DNA of 64,000 bases from the NCBI GenBank assembly GCA_013265495.1, contig MU058423.1, positions 6,796,939 to 6,860,938 of the forward strand, in the 5' to 3' direction. Of this stretch, positions 37,402 to 50,959 are shown piece after piece. The notes under the pieces are model-generated. The model did not search any database. It saw only the letters and a program-made list of their open reading frames with translations, and was not told where the DNA came from. Position numbers and translations under genes: made by a program. Position 1 is the first letter of the stretch, and every line of letters begins with the position of its first letter. The stretch comes from Vicugna vicugna (taxonomy: Eukaryota).

Positions 37402-38679
37402 CATTTGTAAAGTAGAATTAATTGCCTGAACTGTTAGGAAGGCTTTTTCTTACCATTTATTTTTTCGCATTATACTGCAATTTCTTAGTACATTAACAGA
37501 ATTTACAATAACACTATTAAAAACTCTTATATTTTTGTACACATTCCTTATTTTTGCCCTATGTACTCTGCATGTATTTCTACTTTTCTGTCACTAGCTC
37601 TTTCACTGAACCATACCCTCTGATTGTTTCTCTGCTTTGAATGCCTATAAATTTGTCCCTAATGTTCAAAACCCCAATTATCTCTCATAATCATGTATTA
37701 TCTACTTGTAAAATATTATCTCATGGCCCACTGAAAATGAATCTTTCTCTTCTCTTTGCTTCCAAACATTCTGTTGAGTTTCTTTATGTGTCACAGTTGG
37801 TCATACATAACAATTAAATGTCTCCTTGCCTTTCTTTCCATTTAGGCTGTAAAATCTGTAAACCCCTTCCCATGAAGAATCATACTTTATCTATATATAT
37901 GGAATGCACATAGCTGCAGGTGTCCACCACCAAGTACTCAATGCATGTTTATTAATTTACAAACTCAATCCTGTCGTCCCTGTGAGAATGCTTCTTCTTG
38001 GTTCTCTGCTAATAGAAATTTTCTGTCTTCAGAAATCAGCTCTTCCTTGTCATCATTTCTGGTGACCCCAACTCTCAGTAATGTTTCTTCTTCCTAACTG
38101 GAAAGTTTTTTGGAGGATCCAAGGAGCTAATATACAAGGAGAGTGTCTGGCTCAGAATCAGCACTATATGAGTTTCGTGTATAGAAACACATAATGTCTG
38201 TAATGCACAGAAAGGTGATGTACTCAAGAGTACCTTGTGGGTAAGAGGCAAAGCAGAATGGAGACTTGGGGCCTCTAACTCTTTGTAAGTTTCTGACAGA
38301 GTTCTCTAAATTGCTGAATCTGTCCCACTATCCCTATAACCCTGGATGCCTGGCTATGGAAATATACATAAAGGACCATCTGGAAAATGGACCATTTATT
38401 ATTAACTAGAGCTTAGTTATTCTGTTTGAGGAAAAAAAAACTGGCTTTCTATCTTAAGTTCTAAATTAAAATTAGATGAACAGGTTTCTTGGTCCTTTAC
38501 ATTGATCCCCTTATTCCCACATGTCTTTTAAAGGCAGAGACACATCCTGTAAGAATTAGACTTGCTTAAGACATCTCTTACTGTAACTGTCATGTGGGGA
38601 GGTGTAGAATGTTATTTTCACTTAATTTTCCTATTATTTGCCAGGAAAATCTTGCCTATTATTTGCCAGGAAAATATTA

Positions 38680-39820
38680 CAAATGTTTGCAATATTATAA
38701 TTATTTACCAGCCAAATAATACAAATATTACCTCTGTTTCTTATAATGTGTGGGAGGCACTGATATACCTTTTTAAATGATGAGAGAAAAGAAGCTCATA
38801 GAGTGTAAATGACTTGCCTAAAGGTACTCAATAAAAGAAGCTTAGTAGAATATTAAAAATCCATGGCCTTGAAAAACATGAATTCAAATTCTGGGTTTTT
38901 TCAGTTATCAATTATGTGATCATGCTAAATTTTCTTTACTTTCTTTGTGTGTAAGTGGAATGATAATATTATACACTATATATTGTTGCAATAAAAACTA
39001 AAGACTTTATAAAATTTTTTACAAATCAGATTTAAATGAGAAGTAAGAAAATTTAGTTCCAGATCTATGCTTTAGCTTCTACAGGCATTATGCAAAATCT
39101 GTTCAATTCATTCAAAAATATTTATTGTTCTAGGTTCCTGGAAGAAATCAGTCAAAAAAAAAAAATACAAGCAAGGGTTCTTGCTCATGCGGAGCTTACG
39201 TGAGAGTGAGCAGAGACAGTCAGTAAACAGAATAAACAGGTAGATCATACAGCATTTTTAAAGAAGGTGACAGATGCAATGGAAAAATAAAGTATAGGGA
39301 AAGGTGGGTTGAAAATACCCAGAAGTGCAATTTTAAGTGGATGATCAGGGTGGAGGTTACCAAATAATCACAACTGTAAAATGATCTGAAGAAGATGAGG
39401 GAGAGTCAGAGCTTTCCAGGAAGAGAAGCCTTGCAAAAATCTCCTAAGATGAGTTACTACCTGATATGTTTGAGCAACAGCAAAGTGGCCACTGTGGTCA
39501 GGGGCAGAGTAAAGAGCAGGTGATGTCAAAGTAGAGCAGTGTTAGCCCTTGTGAGGACTTTGATTTTTACTATGCAAAGAGTGAAATTATCTGTTGTGTT
39601 TTAAAAGGAAAATTCTGGCTACTACATTGAGAACAGGCCATTAGGGAATGATGGCAGAAGCAAAATGACCAGTTAGGAGATGACTGCAGTAACGCATATG
39701 AAAGATGTGATGGCTCAGACCAGAGTGGGAGCAAAAGTGGTGATTAATGATCAACATCTGGAGATCATTTGAATAATTTTCTTTCAAATTAGTTGTGGAT
39801 ATGAAAGAAAGAATGAATTT
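38680..39820. mobile_element. MIR fragments (38680-39020) and L2a-like minus-strand 3' end (39100-39820)
   Basis: ttcaattcattcaaaaatatttattg...cttgctcatgcggagcttac...gtgaggactttgatttttact...ttttaaaaggaaaattctggctactac...gaccagttaggagatgactgcagtaa. Confidence 0.75.
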
Positions 39821-40426
39821 GAAAAATCAAATAAATCTATCTGATTGCAAGTAAATACTTAAGAAAGAAAATTTAACTAATTAATTAAAAGAATACCAGC
39901 AAAAATTTATAAAAATAATAGAACAGATCAATTCCTGGTAAGGACAAGAGCCAGTCATTTTAGTAAAAAATGTAGACTTTAGTTTTACTTTTTAAACAAA
40001 ATATCAAATCAAGTGTACCATATGTACTTAGGATATATCAGTTAATCAAGCATTCATCTTCTTGCTCTTGATTCCTGGGTTTCATTCTCTGGAATTCTAA
40101 TAAAGTCAGGGCACAGGTGAACATTGCAGACTTTGGAAATGCCAAAACTCCAAAGACAGAATATGCTATTACCCTTCCAGTAGTAATTTGTGGGTTTATG
40201 AAAGAATACATTCAAAGTAGGACTTGCTTATGGATTCAGAGGGAGGTTACAATATAAAATAAATGTAATGATATAATTTAGCACATGCACATGCCCACAG
40301 AATATGACATGTACTTAGATGAGAAAAAAATTAGAAAAAAAACTCAACATATATTCATCTTTAAAAAATGGGCAAATAGATATTTTTTTGCCCATAAAAG
40401 ATAAGATTTTAGAGTTCCAGAATCAA

Positions 40427-40855
<429 letters not shown>

Positions 40856-40899
40856 TGATTTGTTTCTAAGGTAAGGAGTTCCATTTTTATATATTGCTT

Positions 40900-41372
40900 T
40901 TATAGAACAATTTTCATGGCTTTTTAAATTGTCAGACAAGAATAGTCTTTACCCAACTTGTTTAAGGCCAAAGGATATTTGTTGTCTCATGTACTGAAAA
41001 TGTAGGAGAGTGGAATTAAGGGCTCAGAGGATACCATCAAGAACCAGGCTTACTCCATTCATGGCTTGCCTTTATTCTCATCAGCTACACCATGCTAACT
41101 GCTGGAAAACCAGTGGGAAAAAACCACTTATTTCTCTCCCAACTGCTACAGCAAAAATCTCATTTTGCAATATTGCCTTCAAGTGGGTCATTTGTGCCCC
41201 TGAATTAATCACTGAGTCCAGGGAAACGCAGTGTTTTCATTTCTAAGATTGGTGCCCCATCCTGTATCTGGAGAAGGAGTCAGTTGAGAATGAAGGTGGC
41301 AGTTTGCCAAAGAAAAATGTATATCCTGTTACCAGGTAAATTGCAGATGATGGCAGAACAACAGATCCCCAG
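40900..41372 (-). mobile_element. MaLR MLT1 (J/K-like) LTR
   Basis: aacttgtttaaggccaaaggatatttgttgtctcatgtactgaaaa...gggtcatttgtgcccctgaattaatcactg...cctgttaccagg. Confidence 0.7.
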
Positions 41373-42444
41373 TCAGGAATAGTTAATGTGTTGAAAATGG
41401 AACATACATAATTCCTTCTCCGGAAATTTCAACAAATTTACTCCTCTTTGTGATTTTCTCATTCTGGTTGTAGTATATATCACTGTTTTCCCAGAGCCAT
41501 AACCTCAAAATAGTTTTTACATATCCCTTTCTCTTGGCTCAGTCATCAAGTTCTGTGAATTTATCTTTCATAATGTCTTTTGCATCTGCACTTTTCTTTC
41601 CATTTTCACTGCCACCATTCAAATTTGGGTTATTATTAATTCTTGCCTAGATAGTTGCTTTGGCCTCCTAATTGATCTTCCAGTCTTCAATTTCCCAATT
41701 CTTTACTTATATACACCAATTTTATTTCATTTTGTGGTTTACGTGTTTCTATAAATACTATTTTGTTGTTGTTGTTCCTCAGTGCTGTAACATAAAAATC
41801 ACTAACCCTCTCACAATTTCTATCTAGCAACCAGGAATTTTATTTTAAACTATTTTCTGCTTATTAATTGTTAAGCTTATTTGTGAGTAAAAGTTATCCA
41901 AAATTGAGTTGAATTCAGCTCACTCTTTAAGCTTTCCCACAACTCTAAAATTTCCCAAGCTCTAAAATTCTGTCAGTAAAGAAACATTATTCTGTTGAAA
42001 TTTTGGAACCATAGAGTATTTTTTTATTAAGAAAAAACAATATGGTACAAAAATTGTTTTAGAAAAATTAGTCTGACTGAATTTCAGTTGAAGGAAACAC
42101 TGGACGCCGAAAAGCAAATTGGAAGGCCGTAGTATAAGCATGATGGAATAAGGTCCGGAGCAAAGGGAATGGGGCATGGAAGTAAAAAAAAACGTAGTTT
42201 GAAAGGACAACTTTATATTTACCTCTCAGTTTAACTATTAGGCTCTTAAGGGTTAGAATTGTATCTTCATCTTTCTCCCTGGATTGACTGAACAACCGAT
42301 AGCCAGTCATAGCAAATCTTCACTTTAAAGCCTTATGAATGTTATTGAACAAAATTTTGTAACTGATGATGATATGTGGGAGAAGTTTCAGTCTGAGTAA
42401 TTAGGAGACGTATAGAAATTAAGAGTCCAAGACATTTACTCTTT

Positions 42445-42600
42445 CTTTTCTTTTTTTCTTTTCTTTTCTCTTCCCTTTCCTTCTCTCTCAATGCCTCCCT
42501 CCTTCTTTCCTCCTTCCTCCCTTCCTCCCTCCCCCCTTCCTTCCTTTTTTTCTTTTTCTTTCTTTCTTTCTTCCTTCATTTCTTTCTTTTCTTTTATTTA
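42445..42600. repeat. Polypyrimidine (CT-rich) low-complexity tract
   Basis: Seen directly. Confidence 0.9.
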
Positions 42601-43019
42601 CTTTTGAGAAGAAAAGGATTATTTATATGGCTTACTGGACTTCTGTTTGCTTGTTTTCATAAAAGACACTATGCCCACTTATCAGTTGATGCCCTGGTGA
42701 TTTTTCTGTTAAGAAAATACGCATAACACCTTTTGTAAAAGTAATGGCTAGGGGACTAGCTGCTCCTTCCTGTTCCCATGTTAAAGATGCACCTGTCTTA
42801 AAAAGAAAGTTGGATACTACCAAGATTTATGCTTCTCAGTTTGTCAGGGAAAGTAAACTTAGGTTTTATATACAAAATCTAGGATGGAAGGCCCTAGGTC
42901 TTGTTTGATTCTTAATTCACTTTCTCATACTTACTAGGAATAAAAAGACACATTCTAGATGAACAAGTATAAAAGACTATTCAACATTCTGTGTGAGTGG
43001 CATGCAATGCTTACTAACA

Positions 43020-43800
43020 AAGATTTATAATTTGTAAAGCACTTTTGCTGATATTATTATATTTAATACTGGAAATAATTTTGGGAAACAAGTATTTTGA
43101 ACCGCATTTTATTAATGAAGAAACTAAAGCCCAGATGACATAAGCATTGTATTTTTGCTTTGTTCAGTTTACCTTATTTTTCCTAAGACCTGACTTTTTC
43201 ACTTTTGGGGATTTAGCCTTTGCTCTCTAACATATTGTCCAAATCAGAGCTGCCATAATCTTCATAATCTCATCTAGCTGGCTACTAGGATCTCTCTAAG
43301 ATGGTTGCATGTGCCATGCTGGATAAATATAATACCTCGTTCTCCAGCCCCAGTAATTCTAGAACCAGTATATATCAAACCTGGCCAACTAGGGTCCTTC
43401 CTTCCCTGGAATTTAAAGTTAGAACTATGGGAAAAGGAGGGTGAAATGGTGCGGGGTGAAGTCAAGAGTTAACAGAGGTATGCCACCTACTGTATGAAAG
43501 AGGGTGAATCTGGCACACAAAGAAAAGTAGAGAGAGGAAGGAGTACTGATTAATATCTGAGCTCCGGTTCCTCTGGGTTAATGAGGCAAAATTCTATCCT
43601 TAGCCAATACATTGGTTTAACTATATGAACTAATAAATTCTTCTTTATTTGGCTGATCTGGTTCGTGTTGGCTTTCTGTCTTAATCAGAAGAGAACTAAT
43701 ACAACTGAGAATATAAATACAATGTCTAATATTACTTAATTAGTGACAAGTGCTGGAATAGATCCCAGTCTTCTGATAGCCCAAAGCGTATTTTTAAATA
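43020..43800. mobile_element. MIR (minus) interrupted by an MLT1-type LTR (plus, about 43148-43702)
   Basis: MIR cattttattaatgaagaaactaaagccc stops about 43145 and resumes about 43705. LTR end aataaattcttcttt...ggctttctgtc...aagagaactaataca. Confidence 0.6.
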
Positions 43801-43817
43801 CTTGACAGTGATTACTT

Positions 43818-44284
43818 GTATGAGGTAGGCACAGTCAATACTCCACGCATATCCCCTTGAATTGAATCCCTTTGCTGCTTTCATGTGCACAGGCTCCCAC
43901 CAGCCAGCATCAGTATGTCTATTTTGGAGGACTCTCCTCAGGTTGTGAGAACCAGCTCAGCCTATGCAGCCTGAAAACCACAAATGCCTGGGAATTACCA
44001 TCCCCTGGGAGTGGCCCTTAAGAGGACTGACAAGTAGTAGATCTCAGTTCTCCATCTTCTGATAACACAGCTGTAAGATGTGACTGATTTATGTTGCTTC
44101 TGGAGTTTGCTTGAAATATTGAGTCAAAAATACCTTCCACAGGACTCTCTCAATATTGCACCTTAGCATAGCATCCTTCCATTTTCATTTCTCTAGCAGG
44201 TTTTTGTTTTTGTTTTCGTTTTTTGACCCCTCCCCCCATGCAATCCCCCCAGAGTAGCATTCTAGGGAACCCAAACCTGAGACA
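43818..44284 (+). mobile_element. LTR16-like solo LTR (ERVL)
   Basis: tgtatgagg...aaatgcctgggaattaccatcccctgggagtggccctt...ctagggaacccaaacctgagaca (TG...CA ends). Confidence 0.7.
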
Positions 44285-47200
44285 ATGGACTATCTAAACT
44301 AAACTTAAGGCCAATCAGGAGTTCAAGGATTAAGAATGAGAGGTCTCAGGTCAAGAACCTAGGTGAGAAATATCAGAGGGAGGTGGAAGAGAACTTTTTG
44401 GGAGAAGGACATGAAAAAGCAAGTGCTAAGATAAACATGACAGTTCTGTTACTTCTCACCTGGAAATGAGAATTAATCAGAAAATAACCTAAAAGTGTGG
44501 TTCAGCTATATTTCCAGTGAACTGAAAGTGTACACTTTCTTTACATGGGCCAAACATTACAAAGCAGTATTTTACACTGGTGTGTATTTTGGCTTACAAT
44601 TAAGGTTATAATTTATTCTTCTTGGTTTATTTCCCAGTATTCACAGCAATGTCCAGCCTACCTGACTGAGGAGTATTGTTGGCCAGAATCTTAGGAAGAA
44701 ATCTTTACTAAAACTGTTGTAAAAAAGAAAAAAAAGTTACAATGCTTTCCAAAAGTTCAGGATTAAAATTACCAAACAGCTGATTTGTTGATTCTCTAAG
44801 AAGTGTTCAGTCTCTTCACCCCCAAACAAATACAGACGGAAGCTTTTTCCGCATTCCTCAGCCAACATCTACCCTAGTTGTCCACTGAAACCTCATTCAA
44901 GTGGAGAGAATAAAAATATGGATATTCACTGATGTACAGGTTACTAGAATTCTGAGATCTAAACCAGAATTATGGGGTTAAGGAAAGTCGCTATTGATTC
45001 AATTATTTAGGTATCTCAGGGATCCATTTTGTTTTCAAAATATTTCTAAAGCCCTGGTCCAAATTTTCTAATGCATCTTCAAAACTTATTAGAAAGAGAC
45101 ATATTTGTTCATCACTATTTAATTATAAGTGTATATTTCATTTTATTTTCTCCAAGTCACATATTTTATAGAGCAGATCTAAGCCATTCAGATGTCTTAA
45201 ACATAAGAATTTCATGAACATGAGCTCCTGCTTCCTCCGTGTTTCCTCCATTTACTGTCATACTGAATGTGTGCGTGGCGTGTTGCGCCTTTGTGTGCAT
45301 GTGTCTGTGTAGTACTAGTTCTTACTGTTCTCTTTATAGTGTTACTGTGCCTCTAGTTCTAATACACAGATGTGCCTCTCTGTCCTCAGTTCCTAGAGCA
45401 GTACTCTACTCAAAAGAGTATTCATGACAGTAATCAAAAAAAAAAACCCTCAAAAATAATAGTTTTGTAAACTTTTTTTTCTTTTAGACTGTGAGCTAAT
45501 TAGTGGCAGAAACCATGACTTATTTATCTTTGTATTCCTTGGGTAGAACGTGGGCATATAGAAGATGCTCAGCAAATATTTGTATAATGAATGAATAAAC
45601 AGCTTATGTGTAGAAAGTTTTAAATAGACTTTCCCCTCACAACCCATAACACTCTCAGGAGAAAAGAAAGTTGGGTCAGGACAGTGGGTTCTAAGACATT
45701 GGCTTCTCAATGTTGGACTTGTCTCCTCCCTGAGGATATTACCAATATATCTTAGAGGGAAGCATACAGAGAAAAAAATGTGTGGCTTTATTTTTCTTCT
45801 TCTGTCTGTGGGGCAGATTGTGTCCAGTAAAAGATGTGGCACAGTAACTTTTCAAGATGTGACCTACTCCATTTTTATTCCTTTTCATAAGATTTTGGTA
45901 ATTAAAAAATCATTGCTATTAGTTACATTTCATGTTGTAAAAGATTAGTTAATTTCTGATAAAAAGGTACTATGTAAATGTGATAAGCAACTAAACATAG
46001 TAAGTTATAAAGTTAAACTGCAACTAAGCAATTGTGCAAGTTTAAAGAAAGCAGTCAGCTAAGTGTTAAACAGAATTTCTAACTTCCATTCCAGTGTTCT
46101 TTTCAGTAAACTATGTTCTATTTGGTTCAAGTTTCTTGGATTAGCTGTAGCAAAATATAAGACAATATTCTGCTCTATGCCAATTTCCATATTAAATCTG
46201 GAAGGAATTATGATGTATAAATTTCAGATTTTTATCCAGGTCTCAAAAAAATTGTTTTAGTACTGCTATTGTTACTCCTAACGTAGCAATAGCAGTACTA
46301 AAAGACATGCAGGAAAAGTAACTTTAATGCATACAGCAGTACTAATATTCATTAGTTAAATGAAGGAGTGATTACTATGATTATGCAATGTATTCTGACA
46401 AAATAATACCACAAGTTTTATTATATGGAAAGTTTTTTTAGATTAGGAAGGACATTCTTTGCGTAAGATTACTAATTCAGACAAATGAAAGCCTATTCTA
46501 CATTAAGTCATTGAGAAAAAGAAGACAAATCTTTACTGGGTTTCTCTTCTTTAAAAAAAAGTTAATTTAACAAAGAATCATACAGCTTTTAAAATCTAAC
46601 ATCTAACACACTGCGTTGAGAGATTGCTCATCCCTTATCCCATCACATCCTTAGTGCACACTCTTTGCTTTGTATACTAATATATTCTCAGCTCTTTACA
46701 TATTATCTGGCACATAACAGAAGCTCCATGTTGAATGAGTTAAACTTAATATATCACTTTGTTATACCTATTATTGCATTATATGTAGCCATACAATGTA
46801 ACTATGGGATCTGTGTTAAATACCACAGCCTAGGTTATGACTTCAGCAAATAAATGCAAAACCTGGGCACACGTAATACACTCTTTTTCCATTTCTGTTG
46901 ATCACTGAATCATCTAACAAAAATCAACTTGGCCCTCTCTATGTGTGCAGCTCTATTCTAGGTGTTGGATGGGCAGTCTAGTGGGTGTTAACGCTAGAGA
47001 ACAAGCCAACCTGTTTTAATTTATCACTGTCCTTATAAAATATCATTTATTATTAAAATGGTGTTTACTGAAGATAATTTTAAATTATTTAACTACATTA
47101 AAGAGAAATATCTGAAGTTTCTCAGAAGCTAGGAGCAAATTATAAAGTCAATTCGAAAATGCATCTAAGAAAATTCTATTTCTTTCATACAAAGCTAATA

Positions 47201-48419
47201 TATTTAGAATACAAAGTGCTTTGATTAGTGTAGAAACAATATCATAAATAAGAAAACTTCAACCCCGTAAAAGATATTATTTGCCATTTTGTGGATCTTG
47301 AAGGTGACCTGAAACTGCACATTCTTATGCAAATATTAGTTCTTCTTCTCCTTACAGATTTAGAGAATGTTTGTCCCTCTGGGTAGGAATACAGCTTATT
47401 TAGTTAATTCTTGTGCACCATGAATCAAGGAGCCTTAGATAGAGCTTAAACAGATTTCAGAATGCTTTACCAATTTTTAGAGCTTCAGACTTTTCCAAAA
47501 CTCTCCATATTAGCAGTGAATGTGTGGAAAATTATGTGGGGTTTAGTTTAATTTTAAGACATTTTCTCTCCCCAGTAGAAAAAATGGTGCCAGTTAAAGG
47601 CTTTTTCCCCACAAGGGATTGTTATGTGTTTAATGAAAGTAGGTATAGCGCATATACTTTTTAAATCATAATGCCACGCACCCATCCCTAAGCTTCTTAT
47701 ACGCCACCAACCCTACCTTTAGTAATCACTGAAATAATTAAACTTAAGCACTCATTAAATTTTCACTTTGTTCTTCTTCACTTCTGTTTCTACTTGAAAA
47801 AAAAAATTCCTCATTATTACTATCCCTCTAAACTTCAGTATAGGCCTTAGGTCTAAGTTTTCCAGAACATACACAAGTGCACATTGGGAAAATTTTCCTA
47901 TCTGTGATCATTCTGTGGTGCAACAGTCATATTGCTTCAACTCTTTTTTCTCCAAACTACTACCATTAGTTCACTGCTTTCTTTTTGTTACTCACCTCCT
48001 TGGTCCAATTAGGGGAACTTTATGCCAAGATCAAGATATTTTTCTACTTTGATAAATTTTTATTACTTTAGATTTATGTGAGCATGACATTCATTTGCAC
48101 TCTCTTGATTGTTCCCTTTAGATCAAAGTGTGGTAACAGGTAAGAGGACCCTGTTTCTGGGGGTTGACAAGCACAGAATGAACTAAAAATATGCTTGTTG
48201 TATTGTCATTATTCATCACACAAAAATGACAATGACAAAAATTACATGCAGTGTAACAATGCATTTAAACAGGTTTTAAGACATTTTTCTAGAAAAGAAA
48301 AAGTCCATAAAATATTAATTATATAGAATCTAGATAATAGAATCTGGAAGCCCTTAACATTGAATTTAGGGATGCAGGAGGGTAGAAACAGGCAGGTTCA
48401 AATTTTATTCTAGTCACTT

Positions 48420-49650
48420 GCTAGCCCTCCAGTATTCGTGCAGTGGCCCTCATGTTAACTGGACATCGACTTCACCTCTTCCCTTTTTCCTGGCAAAGCG
48501 CCTAACTTTATTTTGGTCTTTTATCTCTCTTTCACTCTCTTCCCACATGTTTGGATTGGGCCCCATCCCTGACTCAGAGTTGAAGAAGCAAACTTGGCCA
48601 AAGTTAACTATTGTATCCATTGCTTCAGATCCCAAAGCTTGAGACATGATCAGGGCAAGTAAAGAGCAGTGAGCCTTCTCTGGGAATTACTAGAGCAGCG
48701 GTGGTGCTCTGTCACCAGGCTTTACTGGGCAGATCCCAGGCTACGCGCTGTAGCAGCTACCTCATTATCACCTACAGGCTGAAACTGAAGTCCACTTAGA
48801 GAAACTATTGCTGAGAAAAGGTGTGACAGTGAGTCCTGATAACATTGTTTATGCCCTATGTTCACCTGTGCCAGTGAAAGGCATTATTTCTAGAATTTTC
48901 AGTTATATAAACAAATTGCTTTTTCGCTTAAGCCATTTGGGGTTTTGATGCTTGTACAAAATAATTTTCACTGGCTCAGATTTTGATATTAGAATGTGGT
49001 AATGTTAGAAGTGAGAATTTCTCAAAGTTTGAAAGTGGAGAAGTAGAAATAATGTATCCAGTGATGAGGTGCCCTGTATACTAGGCCAGGAGACTGTCAA
49101 TTCTTATTCTTGGTAGTTAAACAGCTAGTTAGAATGTTGCCTGTTGGATCACAAAATTTAGAGAATGAGCCTATTAAGGCTGCAGAATAAGAGATTTGTT
49201 AGAAAAAAATTAGAATGCTGGAATAGGTTGGTTAAATTTTGCGCTTAATAAGGACCTATAAGAAACCAAAAAACTTAGCTAAAACTGGCCTCTCTGGAAC
49301 CAGAGAAAAAAAGAAAAAAAAGTTTTTCTACAAAAGCCAATTTTGCTTAGGGCTTGCTATGTATGATGTTTGAGAAACTAGAAATCTTAGGATTTGCATG
49401 ACGGAAAAACTGCTCAAACTAACAATCAGAGACAAGGTGGCAGGCAATAATCAAGAACCTCGTGTTTTGTACTTCCTGCATCACAAGGGGACAATTGCTT
49501 CTGCAAAGCTGCAGCAGAAAAGAGATGATTATATAGGGTTTTGTCTACCCAGGCTTTCAAAGTATGCATTGAGCTTGAAAAGAGAAGATATAAATTCTAG
49601 AACTAAGGTAGCATCGTGCTTCTCAATAAAGCCAGAGACTGAAGTTGACC
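48420..49650 (+). mobile_element. MaLR MLT1 (K-like) LTR to about 48978 plus internal fragment
   Basis: gagtcctgataacattgtttatgcc...ttttcagttatata...gcttaagccatttggggtttt, then gattttgatattagaatgtgg internal start. Confidence 0.6.
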
Positions 49651-49654
49651 TGGA

Positions 49655-49880
49655 GAGGCTTTGAGTTTTATCCATTTTATTTATGTGGGGCTTTTTATAA
49701 TTTGAAGTATCCTTAGCTGTTAAGTTTAGTCTTACAGATCCTTATTTTCCTGTATGTAAAATAGGAATGACAGTATGATTTCCAGATGAGTTTAAGGAGT
49801 AAGTTAGACTGCACAAGTGGAGGTATCAAACACAGAGCCTGGTACATAGCTAAGACTTGATATGGGCAACAAATATTATT
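49655..49880 (+). mobile_element. MIR SINE
   Basis: ccttattttcctgtatgtaaaataggaatgacagta...aacacagagcctggtacatagctaag. Confidence 0.65.
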
Positions 49881-50959
49881 AGGCTGGGTAGTTCAAAGCT
49901 CCAGATAAGAAAGTTTAGAAAATTTAGATACTTTAAAGTGTAATAATTTCTATAATGAATATTAAACTTGTGGAGTTCATTATTCCAAGAGATGGTACTG
50001 ATGGTAAACACTTTTTAAAAAAATAACAGACCCCTAATGAGTTATTAATGAATCTAAGATGGAACATATAATTCTGAGCTAGAATCACTGTTTTATTGCA
50101 TTGTAAATATTTGTTTATATTTGTCTGTCAGCTAGACTATCCTTGCATCGTTTATGTTTAACATACTGGTTGGATCATAGTAGGCTACTAATTTATGTTT
50201 TTTGATTTTATCTATATATGAGTTATCTAATTAATGAAAATCCTCTTCTCTTGTGACAATAGAATCATATTTGGATCATAAATCTGATCAAAGAAAATTT
50301 TGTTCAGTGTAAATGCCCACTTAAAATACTCAATAAATTTGTATATAAAAGATGGTCTTAATTCTTGATTTATGCTGGCAAAATTTTATCATATGTTCGT
50401 GTTCCCTGTCTGCCTTCCAAGGCTCTTTTATATTGACTCTCCTCGTACTGCTTCCCCAGTCCGTTGAATTATTTATAGTGTCCCCAGCCTTGGGCCCAGG
50501 CCAACTAACTACACTAAGCAGAATTACAAATTTTTGGTGAAGGTACTTGATAAATAAGAACAGGGCTAAACCATAGAAGCAAAAATGGAAGTAATTATAA
50601 AAGGAATAAAAAAATTAAATTGAAAGAAGGCCAAACATATTCATTAAACTTAGTGGGTTGAATTTAATTTCAGAATGAAAAGTTAGGAATATATTAGAAA
50701 ACAGGGCAATATAATTTACTATATAGTATAGCTAGGTTGTTTACATATTCCATACTTTCCTGAAAGTACCAACTTTATTATTTTTCAATATAGCATACAA
50801 AAATGCAGTTTAATCTTCCTGTTTTTGTGAGATGTCTTATAAAAATCAGTGTACCCGGAAAATTTCTTTATTGGACTATATATTTCAATTTTGCATTAAA
50901 AATTGGCATATATACATAGTGTATTCAAAAATTTTTATGCTTTAGGAATTATCTTGGTT

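Noticed and set aside
47358..47382. 25-bp plus-strand micro-exon candidate with a strong acceptor
   Set aside because: Too short to evaluate and donor is mediocre; revisit only if the 52.6-kb candidate proves to be a gene.
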